DNA of 64,000 bases. Origin: Podarcis liolepis (taxonomy: Eukaryota). Made by a program: the position numbers and the translations under genes. Positions 52,040-64,000 of this stretch are shown piece by piece. Numbering within the stretch: the first letter of the stretch is position 1; each line of letters opens with the position of its first letter. The notes beneath the pieces are model-generated. The model ran no database searches and was not told the origin of the DNA. It saw nothing but the letters and a program-made list of their open reading frames with translations. The stretch lies in the NCBI GenBank assembly GCA_965112155.1, contig OZ218105.1; one strand, given 5' to 3'.

Positions 52040-52520
52040 AAAGGCACATAATGCAGGTTCATAAAATTATTTACGGTGTGAAGACTGTTTGAGAATGAGT
52101 GAGATGTTTTTCTTCTTCACTCCAAATACTAGAATTCACAGTCACCACTTCACAAAGAGGAGCATTAATAGGCAAGAAAATAAGCACAACACAATTAACC
52201 CACACTGCTTTCTGCAAATTTGATTAGTAATTGATTTGGGATAGACACAAGGAAGTACTTCTTCGCACAATTTATAGAACTCACTAAAACAAGATGTTGT
52301 AACAGTCACTCAGGTATCTTTTAAATGGAGATCAGATAGATCCATAAGGATATGAATGGCTACTAGTCACATGGCCGTATGGTATCTTCATGTTCAGAAG
52401 CATTTTGCTTCCAGTTTCATATCCAGCTTTCATGCTTGGAAGCATCTTGCTGACTGCTGTTGGAAAGAAAGTTCTGGAGTAGCTGGACCAAAGATCTGAC
52501 CCAGAAAGCATCTTAAGGAA
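52040..52520 (+). mobile_element. Degraded CR1 LINE 3' fragment
   Basis: ORF2-end remnants (TACTAGAATTC..., AAGGAAGTACTTCTTCGCACAA) and a 3' UTR ending CTGGACC...TCTGACCCAG. Confidence 0.55.
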
Positions 52521-53283
52521 TTTTGTTGTTGCCGTCATTTTGTTGTTACATAGCTTTGCGGTAATAATGTCACCCTCAGTTTTGCAGAGAATAGGAATAA
52601 ATTCTTCTGTAGTTGATCAAAAACATCAAATCCACACACCTCCTCTTGGAGATATTCAGCTCAAGATATCAGAAATAAAATTTAAGAAAACTTAACATAT
52701 TAATTACCAATTTAATATTTAAGTGTGTGCGCACTTTCAGCAATGGTTTCCCAAGTTAGTTAAGTGAAGTAGCGACATTAAAAAACTACTACTACTACAA
52801 AAATTGTTAAAGGAGTCATTTCACATTATCGCCCTTCATTTTATTCAACCTATTTTATCCATCATTTACATTGCATAGAAAATAAAGCATATCCTGCTGG
52901 TTACTACAAGACAGTAATTTCATAAAGGGGTTCTTATAGTGCCTGACAGCAGGAGACAAGCTTAAGTGGTTTATTAAGTCATAGAAGCCAGACCACTGAA
53001 TTCACAGAGGTAAATTCAGTCTCCTTGGAGCCTAGTTTTAGGCTTTACAACAGAGACCATTAATTTCACTAAATTGTGTTGAATTACATATTGTAGGCTT
53101 GTAAAGAAAACTTGAATGAGCACAGCCTTTAAGAACCTAAACAACTAATTTCCTTTGGCATGTTGAGCCAAGCTGAGATGGAAGTCCCTTGGAAGCAAAG
53201 TCAACACTTAAATGTTTTACAGCCTAAATGGTTATAGAGAATTTTCAGTCTAACCCATTTGAAGAGCATAAATATGAACAGAC

Positions 53284-53421
53284 CTGTTGCTCAGACTGAG
53301 AAGTATTTGAAGGGGAGTTTCTTCCAGCACCATCTGCATCATCAACTTCTTCATCAGAAATCTTGAACTCAAGGTCTTCTGTGTAACGCTTTCTCTTAAC
53401 CTGCCTGCTAGAGCGCCTCTT
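53284..53421 (-). CDS. CHD7: CHD7 exon 5 ([13 protein letters not shown]...QSEQQ)
   Basis: ttcag|AAG acceptor, CAG|gtctgt donor; 138 bp. Confidence 0.96.
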
Positions 53422-53926
53422 CTGAAAAAGAAAAAAACCACCCTGCATTGTAAAATTTCATCCTATTGATTAGCAGGACTATAGTCCTCGAGAGAGAAAT
53501 CTATTCCCCTTTGAAAGCAGAGGGACAGAAGGAATTCAAGGGCCTTATCACAAAAGCAGGTGCCCTACCCATTCTACAGAATGGGAAATGATTCTGCTTT
53601 TCATTATGAAGCACAATTAAAACTTTGCAGTAAATCAAATAAAAATAGAAGAAATATATACTAGATGCCACAGGTGAAAGAGCACAACAGGAAAGAGGCC
53701 AGAGTGTGCGTCCTGGAGAAATTTCGCTTTAGAAGATTCCATATAGATATTTTCATGCTACCAATTAACAAGAAATACACCAAATAAGTTACAGTATTAT
53801 TTTCTCAGTGGTAGGACATTTGAGTGGAATGCTGCATCCAATCTCTGGAGAGATTAGAGAAATGATTTTGATGGTCTGAACAAGAAGATTTAGAGACCCA
53901 GAATGTTTACTGATATCCCTGGGGAA

Positions 53927-54076
53927 CAGGGGTGCCAACTTGAATACAATATTATGGGGGACCAGGTAAGTCCTGCCCTGCGTAATTGATCACATGACGC
54001 AGTTCATGCCCACCTCCCTAAAATATTTTATTGTGGGGGCTGAAGCCCCCACGGCCCCTAGAAGTTGGCTCCTGTG
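53927..54076. mobile_element. hAT-type MITE, family B copy 1, 150 bp
   Basis: Perfect 8-bp TSD CTGGGGAA; termini CAGGGGTGCCAACTT / AAGTTGGCTCCTGTG. Confidence 0.92.
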
Positions 54077-54555
54077 CTGGGGAATTTCCCAGAAGTTTAT
54101 GCCAGGGATCTTATTGAAATCCTAGCTGGCTCTTGAATCAGGAGATGAGTAGAGCTATCAGTATGATCGCTCCTGAATGTCTTCAGCAAAGTCATAGTGT
54201 TAATTAAGCTCCTTTGTATTAGGATCTGAGGGTTGTTAAATGACAAAATCAACAAATGAAGCACAGGTGGCAGAAAAAAATCATGATGAATGTGGCCAAA
54301 CACAGACTGGATTCGATCATACATACTACTATTTGGCACGGATGATGGCAATGAAAGCCTGCTTTTCTGCCACCACTGCATCCTCACAGTGTTGTAGCTA
54401 TTTTAAGTGACCAGATGCCTGATTAACACAAGAGCAACAAAATTAATATCTAAGACCATTAAATCAATGTGCCTACTTGCTGCATTTTGCAGAAGAAAAC
54501 TATTAGTATGGTCAGAACCCAATAGGGATGCAGCCAGACCACTACGTGGTCCTGC

Positions 54556-54602
<47 letters not shown>
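54556..54602. repeat. (ATT)n microsatellite
   Basis: About 15 perfect units. Confidence 0.95.
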
Positions 54603-54744
54603 GCTTGTTGAGGATGTTGACAAGCTACTTGGAGCATTGAAATCAATGACCTGGCACATTGGATTCTTGCTCATCTTTGCTAATAAAATCTGCCAAGACT
54701 GGGTATCTATACAGACCCTGTTAAGTAACTTCTGTAGTTTGTTT

Positions 54745-55312
54745 ACTTATTTATTTAAATGTTTAGATATTTATTAAATATTTCTAATCTAGCCCATTAG
54801 TTCATCTCAGGATGGCACACAGCAACAATTCTTGCACACCAAAAATACAAACATAATAATTTGTAATAGCCTAATTCGTAATAGCCATATTCAGCATAAA
54901 AATATTCAACACCAATGAATAACATAAGCAGGTCAAACATTGAACCACCCCCCACATGACCCAAATGCCTGAGTAAAAAAGCCAGGTTTTAACTTAGTGG
55001 TGAAATACAGCCAACAACAGGCACAGCTGGGCCTCCAAGGCAAGAACATTCCATAACAGGGTCACTACAGCAAAAAGAAACTTCTGTACAGCTCCCAGAG
55101 GTGGGATGTGAGTAGGGCTGCCACCCACCATCAGGCCATAATTCTTGGGCAGGAATATATGTGGAGAGGTGTTCCCCCAGGTACTGAGGTCCCAAGCTAT
55201 TTAGTCTCAGCATTTTCATTATTGCCTTGAATGCAAACTGGAAGCATATTGGCAGCCAATGCAGCTTCTTTAGGGCCGGTGGTCCTATGATATGCCTAAA
55301 AGGTTGAATCAA
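54745..55312 (-). mobile_element. L2-clade LINE 3' segment
   Basis: ORF 54989..55312 LKKLHWLPICF...LGPQYLGEHL; A/T-rich tail near 54750. Confidence 0.75.
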
Positions 55313-55329
55313 GGAACAGATTACATATT

Positions 55330-55792
55330 TGTTCCTTCAGGAGAAATGCAACCAGGTCTAATTCCAGCTACCTTGAAGGTGAAAGTGGTAAAATCGTTAT
55401 AAAGAAGACAAATTTAGATCCATTGGCTCTGGAAAATTAATCACCCAATCTCAAATTTACCATTTTTAATGACGTTCCAAGAACAAGAGGAATGTTCCCA
55501 GCTACAGACTTATCTTATTTTTGGTTTTGGGACAGAAACCACCGTGGTGGATGATCTACACCAGGGAATCAATGTGAAAAGTGTGACCCTGATGGTTTTG
55601 CCGCACCTCACAGCAGTTTTGTATACCACTGACCATGGTATCCTGTCTGGGATGACACATGGTGCTATGGTCCCTTCTGGGGAATGGATCTAGATGGCAA
55701 TGCTGGGAGATTTCTGTTCCGTTCCTATACCAGAGGCTTTCAGGGTGCCTCAAGGTTCTACCTTGTTCCCCATGGTTTGTCAACATCTATAC
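55330..55792 (+). mobile_element. L2-clade LINE RT segment, opposite orientation to the adjacent 3' segment
   Basis: Frameshifted remnants KK.NLDP, PISNLPFL, GFGTET..VDDL, TTDHGIL, GVPQGSTL. Confidence 0.75.
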
Positions 55793-56395
55793 CAGAGTTA
55801 GGAAACCTGTAGCCCTGCAGATATTGTTGTAATACAGCAACTCCCTATGAAGAGGCAGGTGTGCAACTTGGGGCCGCTCCTGGATTAGCTACCTTCCATG
55901 GAGGCACCAGTGGCAGGAGGAGACGGGACCATTCTGCACTTCATTAACTGCTGTGCTTCAGATTTACTGGTCATGTTACAGGATGCATGCATTTTAAAAT
56001 TGCTATTTTTATATATTATCACATTTGATTTTAGAACTGTAAACTGCCTTGTGAGAGCATTTATATCCTGAAATATAAAATATTAGAAATCTTTTTATAA
56101 ACCGCCTGGTCATTAATCACTACTGTGTTCCCATTTTTCCAAGCATTGTCCTGTTTCAAATATAAATTTGTATATACTGCTGCATTTTTAGAATAAAAAT
56201 GGAGAATGTTGGATTCTGCATTCAACACTACTTTCTGAACAGCCCCAATAGCCAGTTTTGAAGCCATCTAATTTAGAAGCCTATTGTCCCCTGAAACTTG
56301 GTGACTGGAGATGGAGAGCCCTTCTGTTGTAAGTGTTTCACTTCAAAACTGCTGCTGCTTGTACTTAGGGCAGAGAAGAGAAAACAAGAGATATA

Positions 56396-56687
56396 CAGTG
56401 TCACCTCAGTTGTTGAACATAATTCCTTCCAGAAGACCGCTTGACTTCTGAAACGTTTTGACAACTGAGTTGCAAAGGGCAGCTGGCAAAGTCAATGGAG
56501 GAGGAGGAGGAGGAGGAGGAGGAGGAGGAGGAGGAGGAGAAGAAGAAGAAGAAGAAGAAGAAGAAGAAGAAGAAGAAGGGAAAAACCCCCGCTGTTCGAC
56601 TTCCGAGACATGTTTGAAAACGGAAGCAATTGCTTCTGGGTTTTCAGCGTTCGGCTTCCGAGATGCTCGAAAACCAAGGTACCACTG
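56396..56687. mobile_element. Tc1/mariner-pogo-type MITE containing a compound microsatellite
   Basis: CAGTGTCACCTCAGTT / AACCAAGGTACCACTG, TA flanks. Confidence 0.8.
56497..56577. repeat. (GGA)14(GAA)13 compound microsatellite
   Basis: Counted directly. Confidence 0.97.
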
Positions 56688-57219
56688 TACAATCTTTGGA
56701 TCTATTAAAAAGCTTGAGGTGTCATGTCTAACTTGCATCTTTATAGATGATGCAGAGCAACTGAAAAGACTCTGAAGTTGAGGAGCGTTCTTAAACAAGA
56801 CTTGGAAAGAGAGAATTGGTTTCTGACTCACTAAATTTTTAGGAATATTTGAGAGTGTCAACCAAAATATATATGAAGTGACTCAGTAGGCATTATATAC
56901 TTGGATTTTGAAAAAGCTTTTGGCAGAGCCTCTCATCAAAGGCTAGTAAGATAATTTAGTTAAATAAAAAGAGAACAGGTCCTCTTATTGATTAGAAATT
57001 CCTTAACAATGTGATGCAGAAGGTAGGAATAATAGGAGAGGAGGAAGCACAGCAGCTCCCTTCCAGAATCCTAGCAGTGCTAGAGAAGGAAGGGGAGCAC
57101 ACAAGCTCAAGGCTCACTGTTGCTTTTTCTCCTAACACTAAGCCATAGTTCAGTGTTATTTCTAAATGAGGCCGCTGTGTTCTATAATTATGCATGAAAT
57201 ATATAACCAGTGGTATTAC

Positions 57220-57358
57220 CTGAACTCCTGCATCATCTTCTTCTTCAGGATGTGGTGATCCTGGCGGTGTTTTTTCTAAATCTGAGTTTTCAGAACCTTC
57301 TTTTCCCTTGTTGACCTTTTTCTTCACAGCACTGGATTCCAATTCTGGTTTCTTGTTA
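57220..57358 (-). CDS. CHD7: CHD7 exon 4 (NKKPELESS...EEEDDAGVQ)
   Basis: tttag|TAAC acceptor, CAG|gtaata donor; 139 bp. Confidence 0.93.
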
Positions 57359-57641
57359 CTAAAACATGAGCGGTTGAATAAACAAAGCTTTTTACACCGC
57401 ATGGAATGGAACACTTGAAATCATTTCATCATAGCTACTTCAATAACTCCAACCTAATTCAAAATTTTAAAAATGTATTAAATGCATCCTATTACTACTA
57501 CCTGTTAAATCTCTGCAATATACTTTTCTATTAGATCCATCCAGTAGAACACAAAACTTAAAAGAAAAAAAAGCATGCTAGCTCAACAGCCTGTGCCTAT
57601 TAGACACACAGGAGCTTACAGCGGGATGATTTATAACAGTA

Positions 57642-57807
57642 CAGTGGTACCTCGGGTTAAGAACTTAATTTGTTCTGGAAGTCTGTTATTAACCTGAAAC
57701 TGTTCTTAAGCTGAGGTACCACTTTAGCTAATGGGGCCTCCCCGCACCTCCGCCGCGTGATTTCTGTTCTCATCCTGAAGCAAAGTTCTTAACCCAAGGT
57801 ACCACTG
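57642..57807. mobile_element. Tc1/mariner-pogo-type MITE, 166 bp
   Basis: 25-bp TIR CAGTGGTACCTCGGGTTAAGAACTT with one mismatch; TA on both sides. Confidence 0.93.
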
Positions 57808-58354
57808 TATTTAAAAAAACCAGTGTATGTTAAGGGCTTGTGTTGTTCTTGTTTTTTTCTTTCTTTTATAAGTCTTCATATTTCTAAAAGTGGAAATCAT
57901 ACCACAGGATGTGCCTTGGCATTAAAATGGGGGAAAGGACAGAGTTGGATGATATGCAGGAAAATCCTGCCCTAGTAAAGAAAGTCCTGATTCTCCTAAA
58001 ACCAGTAAGGTTTGAGGGCTATACACTCACTCTGACCTCAGAATGCCGGCAGCAAGCAGGTAGAAGTTTTTACTTGCCAGAACAGGGTTAGGTGCTTCCC
58101 CTTCAACATATCAAAGCCATGCGAGAATTCAAAGCTACCACTATCTTCAACTTGAGGTTTTTGAATACCATATGCACAATGTATAAAACAACAAAGAAAT
58201 AAAATTCTGGGTCAGCTCAATGTGAATGTTAGGAGTATTTTCTACGGAAGCAGCTTTCCTATCAAAATTCTTATGAATACTCAGGTGTCATTCCTCTGAT
58301 ACATTTTGCAATTCTCATTCTTTCTTTCTCTCTCTTTCCATCCCTCCCTCTCTT

Positions 58355-58365
58355 CCCCCCCCCCC

Positions 58366-58407
<42 letters not shown>

Positions 58408-58408
58408 A
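58355..58408. repeat. C-run / (CT)n / (CA)n compound microsatellite
   Basis: Seen directly. Confidence 0.9.
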
Positions 58409-58872
58409 TACAGGTTCTTGTGTGTAAAAGTGCAACTGTATCAGGAAGATGAAATAACATACATATCCAATATCCACTTCTGTTCCCCTTCCCAATTTTA
58501 AGTTCCTAAAACACCTATATTCATTGCTTCTGCCAAACATATTTGTGGCTTTTAACCTAAATACTCAAAATTAACAGAAGAAAAATAAGACAGGAGATAT
58601 CTGAACATTTATAAACTGAAAACACTGTGTTTCATATAATGGTCTATAACATGAGGTACCTTAATTAAGTGCTCCATTTCTTTTTTAATATAGCAGTTGA
58701 AGAATACAAATTTTAAATATTTGTTATTTCCAAAACTCAGATTATGAAGAACCATATACGCGCACACACAATGTCTATGAGAACCTGACATTACTAAGAA
58801 TGTTTGATATCTTTAGAAGGGATACAAGACAATTTTTTTAATCAATCTGTACAACAGTTCCTTTTGCAACTG

Positions 58873-59228
58873 NNNNNNNNNNNNNNNNNNNNNNNNNNNN
58901 NNNNNNNNNNNNNNNNNNNNNNNNNNNNNNNNNNNNNNNNNNNNNNNNNNNNNNNNNNNNNNNNNNNNNNNNNNNNNNNNNNNNNNNNNNNNNNNNNNNN
59001 NNNNNNNNNNNNNNNNNNNNNNNNNNNNNNNNNNNNNNNNNNNNNNNNNNNNNNNNNNNNNNNNNNNNNNNNNNNNNNNNNNNNNNNNNNNNNNNNNNNN
59101 NNNNNNNNNNNNNNNNNNNNNNNNNNNNNNNNNNNNNNNNNNNNNNNNNNNNNNNNNNNNNNNNNNNNNNNNNNNNNNNNNNNNNNNNNNNNNNNNNNNN
59201 NNNNNNNNNNNNNNNNNNNNNNNNNNNN
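58873..59228. other. N-run in intron 3
   Basis: Seen directly. Confidence 0.99.
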
Positions 59229-61156
59229 GCCTGTCGTAGTTGAGCTGCTGCCAGGTAAAGCAAGTTGACAGGCTAGTGCTTTTTGCTGGTGACCTCTATA
59301 AATCAGAGCTAAGCATACCATTTAATTTAATAACAGTTAGTGTACCCTGGGTGCACTACTGCATTTGAGTAACTGGCGTAACATATTGAAGAACAGCACA
59401 GGGCAGGTTTGATAAAATGTCAATTTGCTGAAAGGCTAGAAAGTGCTAATGATTCCGTCTTTTCTATTGTTCAGGACATAAAGAATCTCCAAGTGCTTGC
59501 AACATAGGAGGTTTCATGCAAGCCACATAGTGAAATTTAAGCAGAAAATCTGTATATTCAGAAAGCTTCCTCCCTTCTAGCTAGCTAGTAATAAGTAAGA
59601 GTATGAACTAAAACATTTTCATCACTGGCGACCGACCTCAAGTGTAGACTTCAGTTCTGCAGAGTCTACTTTTGTTTATTACTAGAACCTCAATGTCCAC
59701 CATCCATAGCAAAGTGCACAATATTGGCTCGGGGAGACAGGCATACAATTAAAAAGCAGGGTGCCTTCAAAACATGCTCAGCCCAGGAATTTGTTTTCGT
59801 TCACAGGACTGAGCTCTACCCTTTCACACAAAAATTCAATCCTAATTTCTGCCCAAGCTTTATTTATTTCAGCAGCCTATTTTTTTGCTTCTGCTTTATT
59901 GTTGCTATTGTTGACCGATTTGAAAGTTGGGAATCTTTATAAATCTGCTGCAAGCCATCCAGTAGATGCTGATTTACCTTCTGCTCGTCCATGACCTATA
60001 TAATTCAACTTCCCTCCCTATGCAGTATTCTGACATGGGACTTCCAATAGTTGTTATATTCCTTCTAAACAGAAGCACAAATGCACACTATTCAAGAGGC
60101 AAGACAACACACCTAGAATCCAATTTATTTCAACTCCAAATTTCAGACAAATAGCCAAGCCCAGGAAACCTATCTGTTTAATAAAATATTTGACAAATTA
60201 AAGGAAACGATTTGATAAGGATTGTCTGCATTCTGTAGAGGGAGTTTAGAAAGAAAAGTTGAAGATATGCTCTGTCTCAGCTTCAGAGCATTTACATCCC
60301 TGGTCTTCAGCTTGGTGATAAACAATATAGATTTCACCAGCTGATTTGGAACATTAACTGTCTACAATGGGCAACAATTACTTATAGTCCAATTTCAAAG
60401 GCATCCTAAAGGTATTCATAGCCACATTTACCTGCAGGTACTGCATATACACCCTCCCCCCCCAAAAAAACATAGCCATTATCTGCATGCACACAATAAC
60501 ATTCATACACCTAATCATTGTATTCATAATTAGTACATTTGGGACAACTGGAGACTGCACTGCTCTTACAAGTATTATTTATTGTAAAAAAATTATAGAG
60601 GGGAAATTACAAGTATTTTGAGAGCTGCTGTAGCAAGATATATTGACGTTTCACACATGCACAGAATCAAGCCTGCGTTAAGACATCCTGTGCAACATGG
60701 ATAAGCTATGTCAAGTATGGTATAATGATGCGGAATGGGCAAAATAGCACACTAGTAAAATAAGGTTAGAGATAAAAAAATACAGGGAACACTAAAAAGA
60801 ATAGTTAGCAACACAACAACAGAAAAGGCTTCAATGGCAGGAACTACAAAAGTGACTACTGACAAACATGCAGCTGAGAAGCAACCAACAGGGCTAAATC
60901 AACCAATGCTGAAGGAGTAAAATTAGCATTTGATACAACTGGAGATATATTTGTTTACAAGCTTATCCTAAAAATTTTCCGAAGCTCGAGGACAGGCTAC
61001 ACTGCCATCATCATTTATACATAAAAACAAAGAATTCACATATTAAACAAGTTTGTAATTACTAAATTAAATAAACAGGTGCTAAAACACAACACTCTTT
61101 ACTACTCAAGCCCTGCCTTCAAAAGGCTAGCCAAACAAGTATGAGAGTCTAGTTTG

Positions 61157-61158
<2 letters not shown>

Positions 61159-61220
<62 letters not shown>
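61159..61220. repeat. (TC)n(TG)n compound microsatellite
   Basis: Seen directly. Confidence 0.95.
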
Positions 61221-61221
<1 letters not shown>

Positions 61222-61519
61222 ACTCTACAATCTTCAGGCACTTATCAAGAGCAGCTCTCTATGAAACCTTGAGAACATTATCATCACCACCACCACCACC
61301 ATCATTTTGGCTTATTAGTTGCTTAATACAAAATGTCTTTATACCTATATACAGGAAACACTAATAGGTCACTATACCTTGTACTTTGGCCATTGCAGTG
61401 GTGGTGGTGGTGGGGCGTCTATTCAATTGTGATTCTCTAATTGTGGGTCTTCTGCATCATCTAGTGGGGTTTTATTTCTTATGCTTATATGGTCAACATT
61501 CACCATCCATGCCAGCTTG

Positions 61520-61709
61520 AGGGGTGCCAACTTGAATAAAATATTGGGGGGGGGGGGGAGATAAGCCCCACCCCACTTAATTGATCACAAGATGTGATGT
61601 ACTCACACCATTTGAATGGCAATGCAAACTAACTTTGTGGGTGCCTGGGCCCCTCAACTAGTTTATGGGGGAGTGTGGGGACATCTACCCCTAGGAGTTA
61701 GCTCCTATG
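61520..61709. mobile_element. hAT-type MITE, family B copy 2 (left end eroded)
   Basis: AGGGGTGCCAACTTGAATAAAATATT...GGAGTTAGCTCCTATG; aligns with 53927-54076. Confidence 0.85.
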
Positions 61710-61898
61710 CTTGGGAAATATGGATGCCTTGATTTATTTGGGTGTATAACTGCTTGGGAGGGATATTGTATGCTGCTACTGTAATGGTCAGTGATCGTGA
61801 GATCGTCAGTAATGATAATTATACTTCCATAAACCATTTTTTAAAAAAATACTTTGGGAAACTAGGCATAATCTCAGGTACAACCGGCTCAATATATA

Positions 61899-62123
61899 CA
61901 GTAGTACCTTGGAAGTCGAACAGAATCCGTCCCGGAAGTCCGTTTGACTTCTGAAATGTTCAATTTCCAAAGCGCGACTTCTGATTGGCTGTAGGAAGCT
62001 CCTGCAGCCAATCGGAAGCCACGGAAGCCCTGTCGGATGTTTGGAACACTCGCTTCTGGGTTTGCAGTGTTCAGGAGCCGGAACGTTTGACTCGCAAGGC
62101 ATTTGGGAGCCGAGATATGACTG
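61899..62123. mobile_element. MITE family A copy 3, inverted relative to 2056 and 46296
   Basis: CAGTAGTACCTTGGAAGTCGAACAGAATCC is the reverse complement of the right end of copy 1; TA flanks. Confidence 0.9.
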
Positions 62124-62270
62124 TACATTAAGACCAGCACATTAAATTTTGCTGAGAACACTGTTAGTAGTCAGAGGAGACAAAAAAATGTATAAAAATA
62201 TCAGCAAGCATTCTGTGTTAGGAGATCGTGTGCGATCAGGCTTTCACCTAAGCCAAACCATGACTTAGCA

Positions 62271-62626
62271 CAGGGGTCGGCAAGGCTTACCAGGCATGGG
62301 CCAGATCACTCCCGCAGAGATCCTCCATGGGCCGGGCCGGCACAGCGTGATGCAGAAAAGTGTGTCTGTGCATGTCCACGGCACCGGAAATCGCTTCTGC
62401 ACATGCCTAGATGCTGATAATCGTGCCTGCATAGAAGCGATTACCGGCATCTGGGCATGCACAGAAGCGAGCCACGGAAGGGAGTCCCCGCGCTATGATG
62501 TGCCAGTATAGCGCAATGCGCAGGGACTTACCAAGTGGGCAGCTTGGTTCGGGGGTGGCTTGTCGGCCGGTTAAACAGCCTCCGTGGGCCACTTTCAGCC
62601 CATGGGCCTTAGGTTGCCAACCCCTG
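62271..62626. mobile_element. hAT (Charlie-like) MITE
   Basis: TIR CAGGGGTCGGCAA / TTGCCAACCCCTG; 8-bp TSD ACTTAGCA / ACTTAGAA. Confidence 0.9.
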
Positions 62627-63020
62627 ACTTAGAAGAAGTGAGCAAATATGTGGGCTCCTGGTGAGGAGACTGCAGCCAGTTCTCCCCAGTTTTTCTTTGC
62701 TGTACCATGGTTTGACTTAGCTTGTCACCCAGACCCAGGCTCATAGTTTAGTTCTTTCCAAAGAAATAACGAGTTGTAACCAAGGTTTGTCCTATGGTTT
62801 AAAGCTCGTGGTTTGTCTGCGAGATCTAAACAATGAGACTAGATTAGGATGACACACTAAGCAATACAAAGGTGTAACTCAGCACAACAACAGAATGACT
62901 AGAAAGGAACAAAGCAGTGACAATCTCTCTGGAAGTCTGTACATTTTCTTGTTTGTGCTAAGCAGCTAAGCCATGGTTTCGTTTAGTATTGTGTATGAAT
63001 GAGGACAGAATGATCTGCAT

Positions 63021-63202
63021 CAGTTAGAGCTGTTCAGTAGTGGAACAGTCTCCCACGAGAGATGGTGGACTCTCCTTCCTTGGAGGTTTTTAAACAAAGG
63101 TTGGATGGCCATCTGTCATGGACGCTTTAGGTGAAATTCCTGCATTTCAGTGGGTTGGACTAGATGACCCATGGGTCCCATTCCAACTCTATGATTCTAT
63201 GA
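63021..63202 (+). mobile_element. CR1 LINE 3' end
   Basis: GGGTTGGACTAGATGACC...TTCCAACTCTATGATTCTATGA with the CR1 octamer-type tail. Confidence 0.92.
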
Positions 63203-64000
63203 ACCTCTGGAAAATCAAGCAAAGAAACACATAAAGCATATTACAAGGACCAAACTCACAGGGGCCATCTATGACAGAGTGTTAAAGAATTCTCATAAAA
63301 TGGAATTGATGAGAAGTTGTCCTATTCACAAAGTGGCAATGTCAAGAGCAGATCCAGAACGAACCCACAAGATATAAGGTCAAGTTACAGAGAAAATAAA
63401 TTTCATCAGTGTCAGGTATTCCCAATTTCCCCCTCCCAACATATTAAAAAGCCTGACAACTATGATTACTTTAGAATGATATTATCTAGAATTAGAAATC
63501 AGTTTATTTGCATCCAGGCCCCAGTCAGATACACTGAATAAGCACCGATGAATCAGAAGCTGGATCAAATGAAAAATGGAACTATGGCTTCTAACAACCA
63601 GTCTTAGAAACTGAGATATGAAAGCTAGGAGCTAAATGGCTCCTTAAACCTAGGTTATGAGCACAACGAAATGTCTAGGCACTTTTTGAATAACAAGAAT
63701 ACAAAACAGAAAATGAACAGCAGCTAAAATATTATGTTGATTTTTCACATGGTCTAGTCCTTCCCCAGCCCACCCCCACTAATACTCAGAGTTCAGAAAT
63801 AGCTCACACTAATGAAATTCCCTGTCGCAAAATGTGCCTAGAACAACAGGAATTTTGAACAGTATGATGGTACTGAACTTCATGTCTCTTAAGCATCATT
63901 TCACACTTAAACATGATGATAATAAAAATAAGGATTTTATCTACAGGATAGATTTTACAAAAAAACAATAACCAGAGTGCTGGCACTCTTTGGTTCCCTT

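Noticed and set aside
56406-56861. ORFs with poly-Ser/Pro, poly-Gly/Glu or poly-Leu
   Set aside because: Translations of the (GGA)n(GAA)n microsatellite.
59636-59650. TCAAGTGTAG as a second U2 fragment
   Set aside because: Only a 10-nt match, which is not convincing on its own.

Overview
Vertebrate nuclear DNA from a squamate reptile. The repeat families suggest a lacertid-type lizard (inference). The whole window lies inside one minus-strand gene, the chromatin remodeller CHD7. I located 34 consecutive coding exons, numbered 4-37 by homology to my recollection of the 38-exon human gene. They run from 57358 down to 714 and encode both chromodomains, the SNF2 ATPase/helicase, the SANT-like region and the BRK domains. 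Exons 1-3 and 38 lie outside the window, and exons 16 and 24 are partly hidden by N-runs. All fully visible exons join in frame without stops. Every visible intron end is GT or AG except the intron 33 donor, which reads GC at the expected position. The introns hold ordinary squamate repeats: Tc1/mariner-pogo-type and hAT-type MITEs, L2, CR1 and RTE fragments, tRNA-derived SINEs and microsatellites. I see no convincing new multi-gene system. The best leads concern splicing (GC donor with a competing in-frame GT, a 5' U2 snRNA fragment antisense to the pre-mRNA, a long AG-free acceptor in intron 25, a candidate poison exon, a retroposon tail acting as an acceptor tract) and transposon structure.
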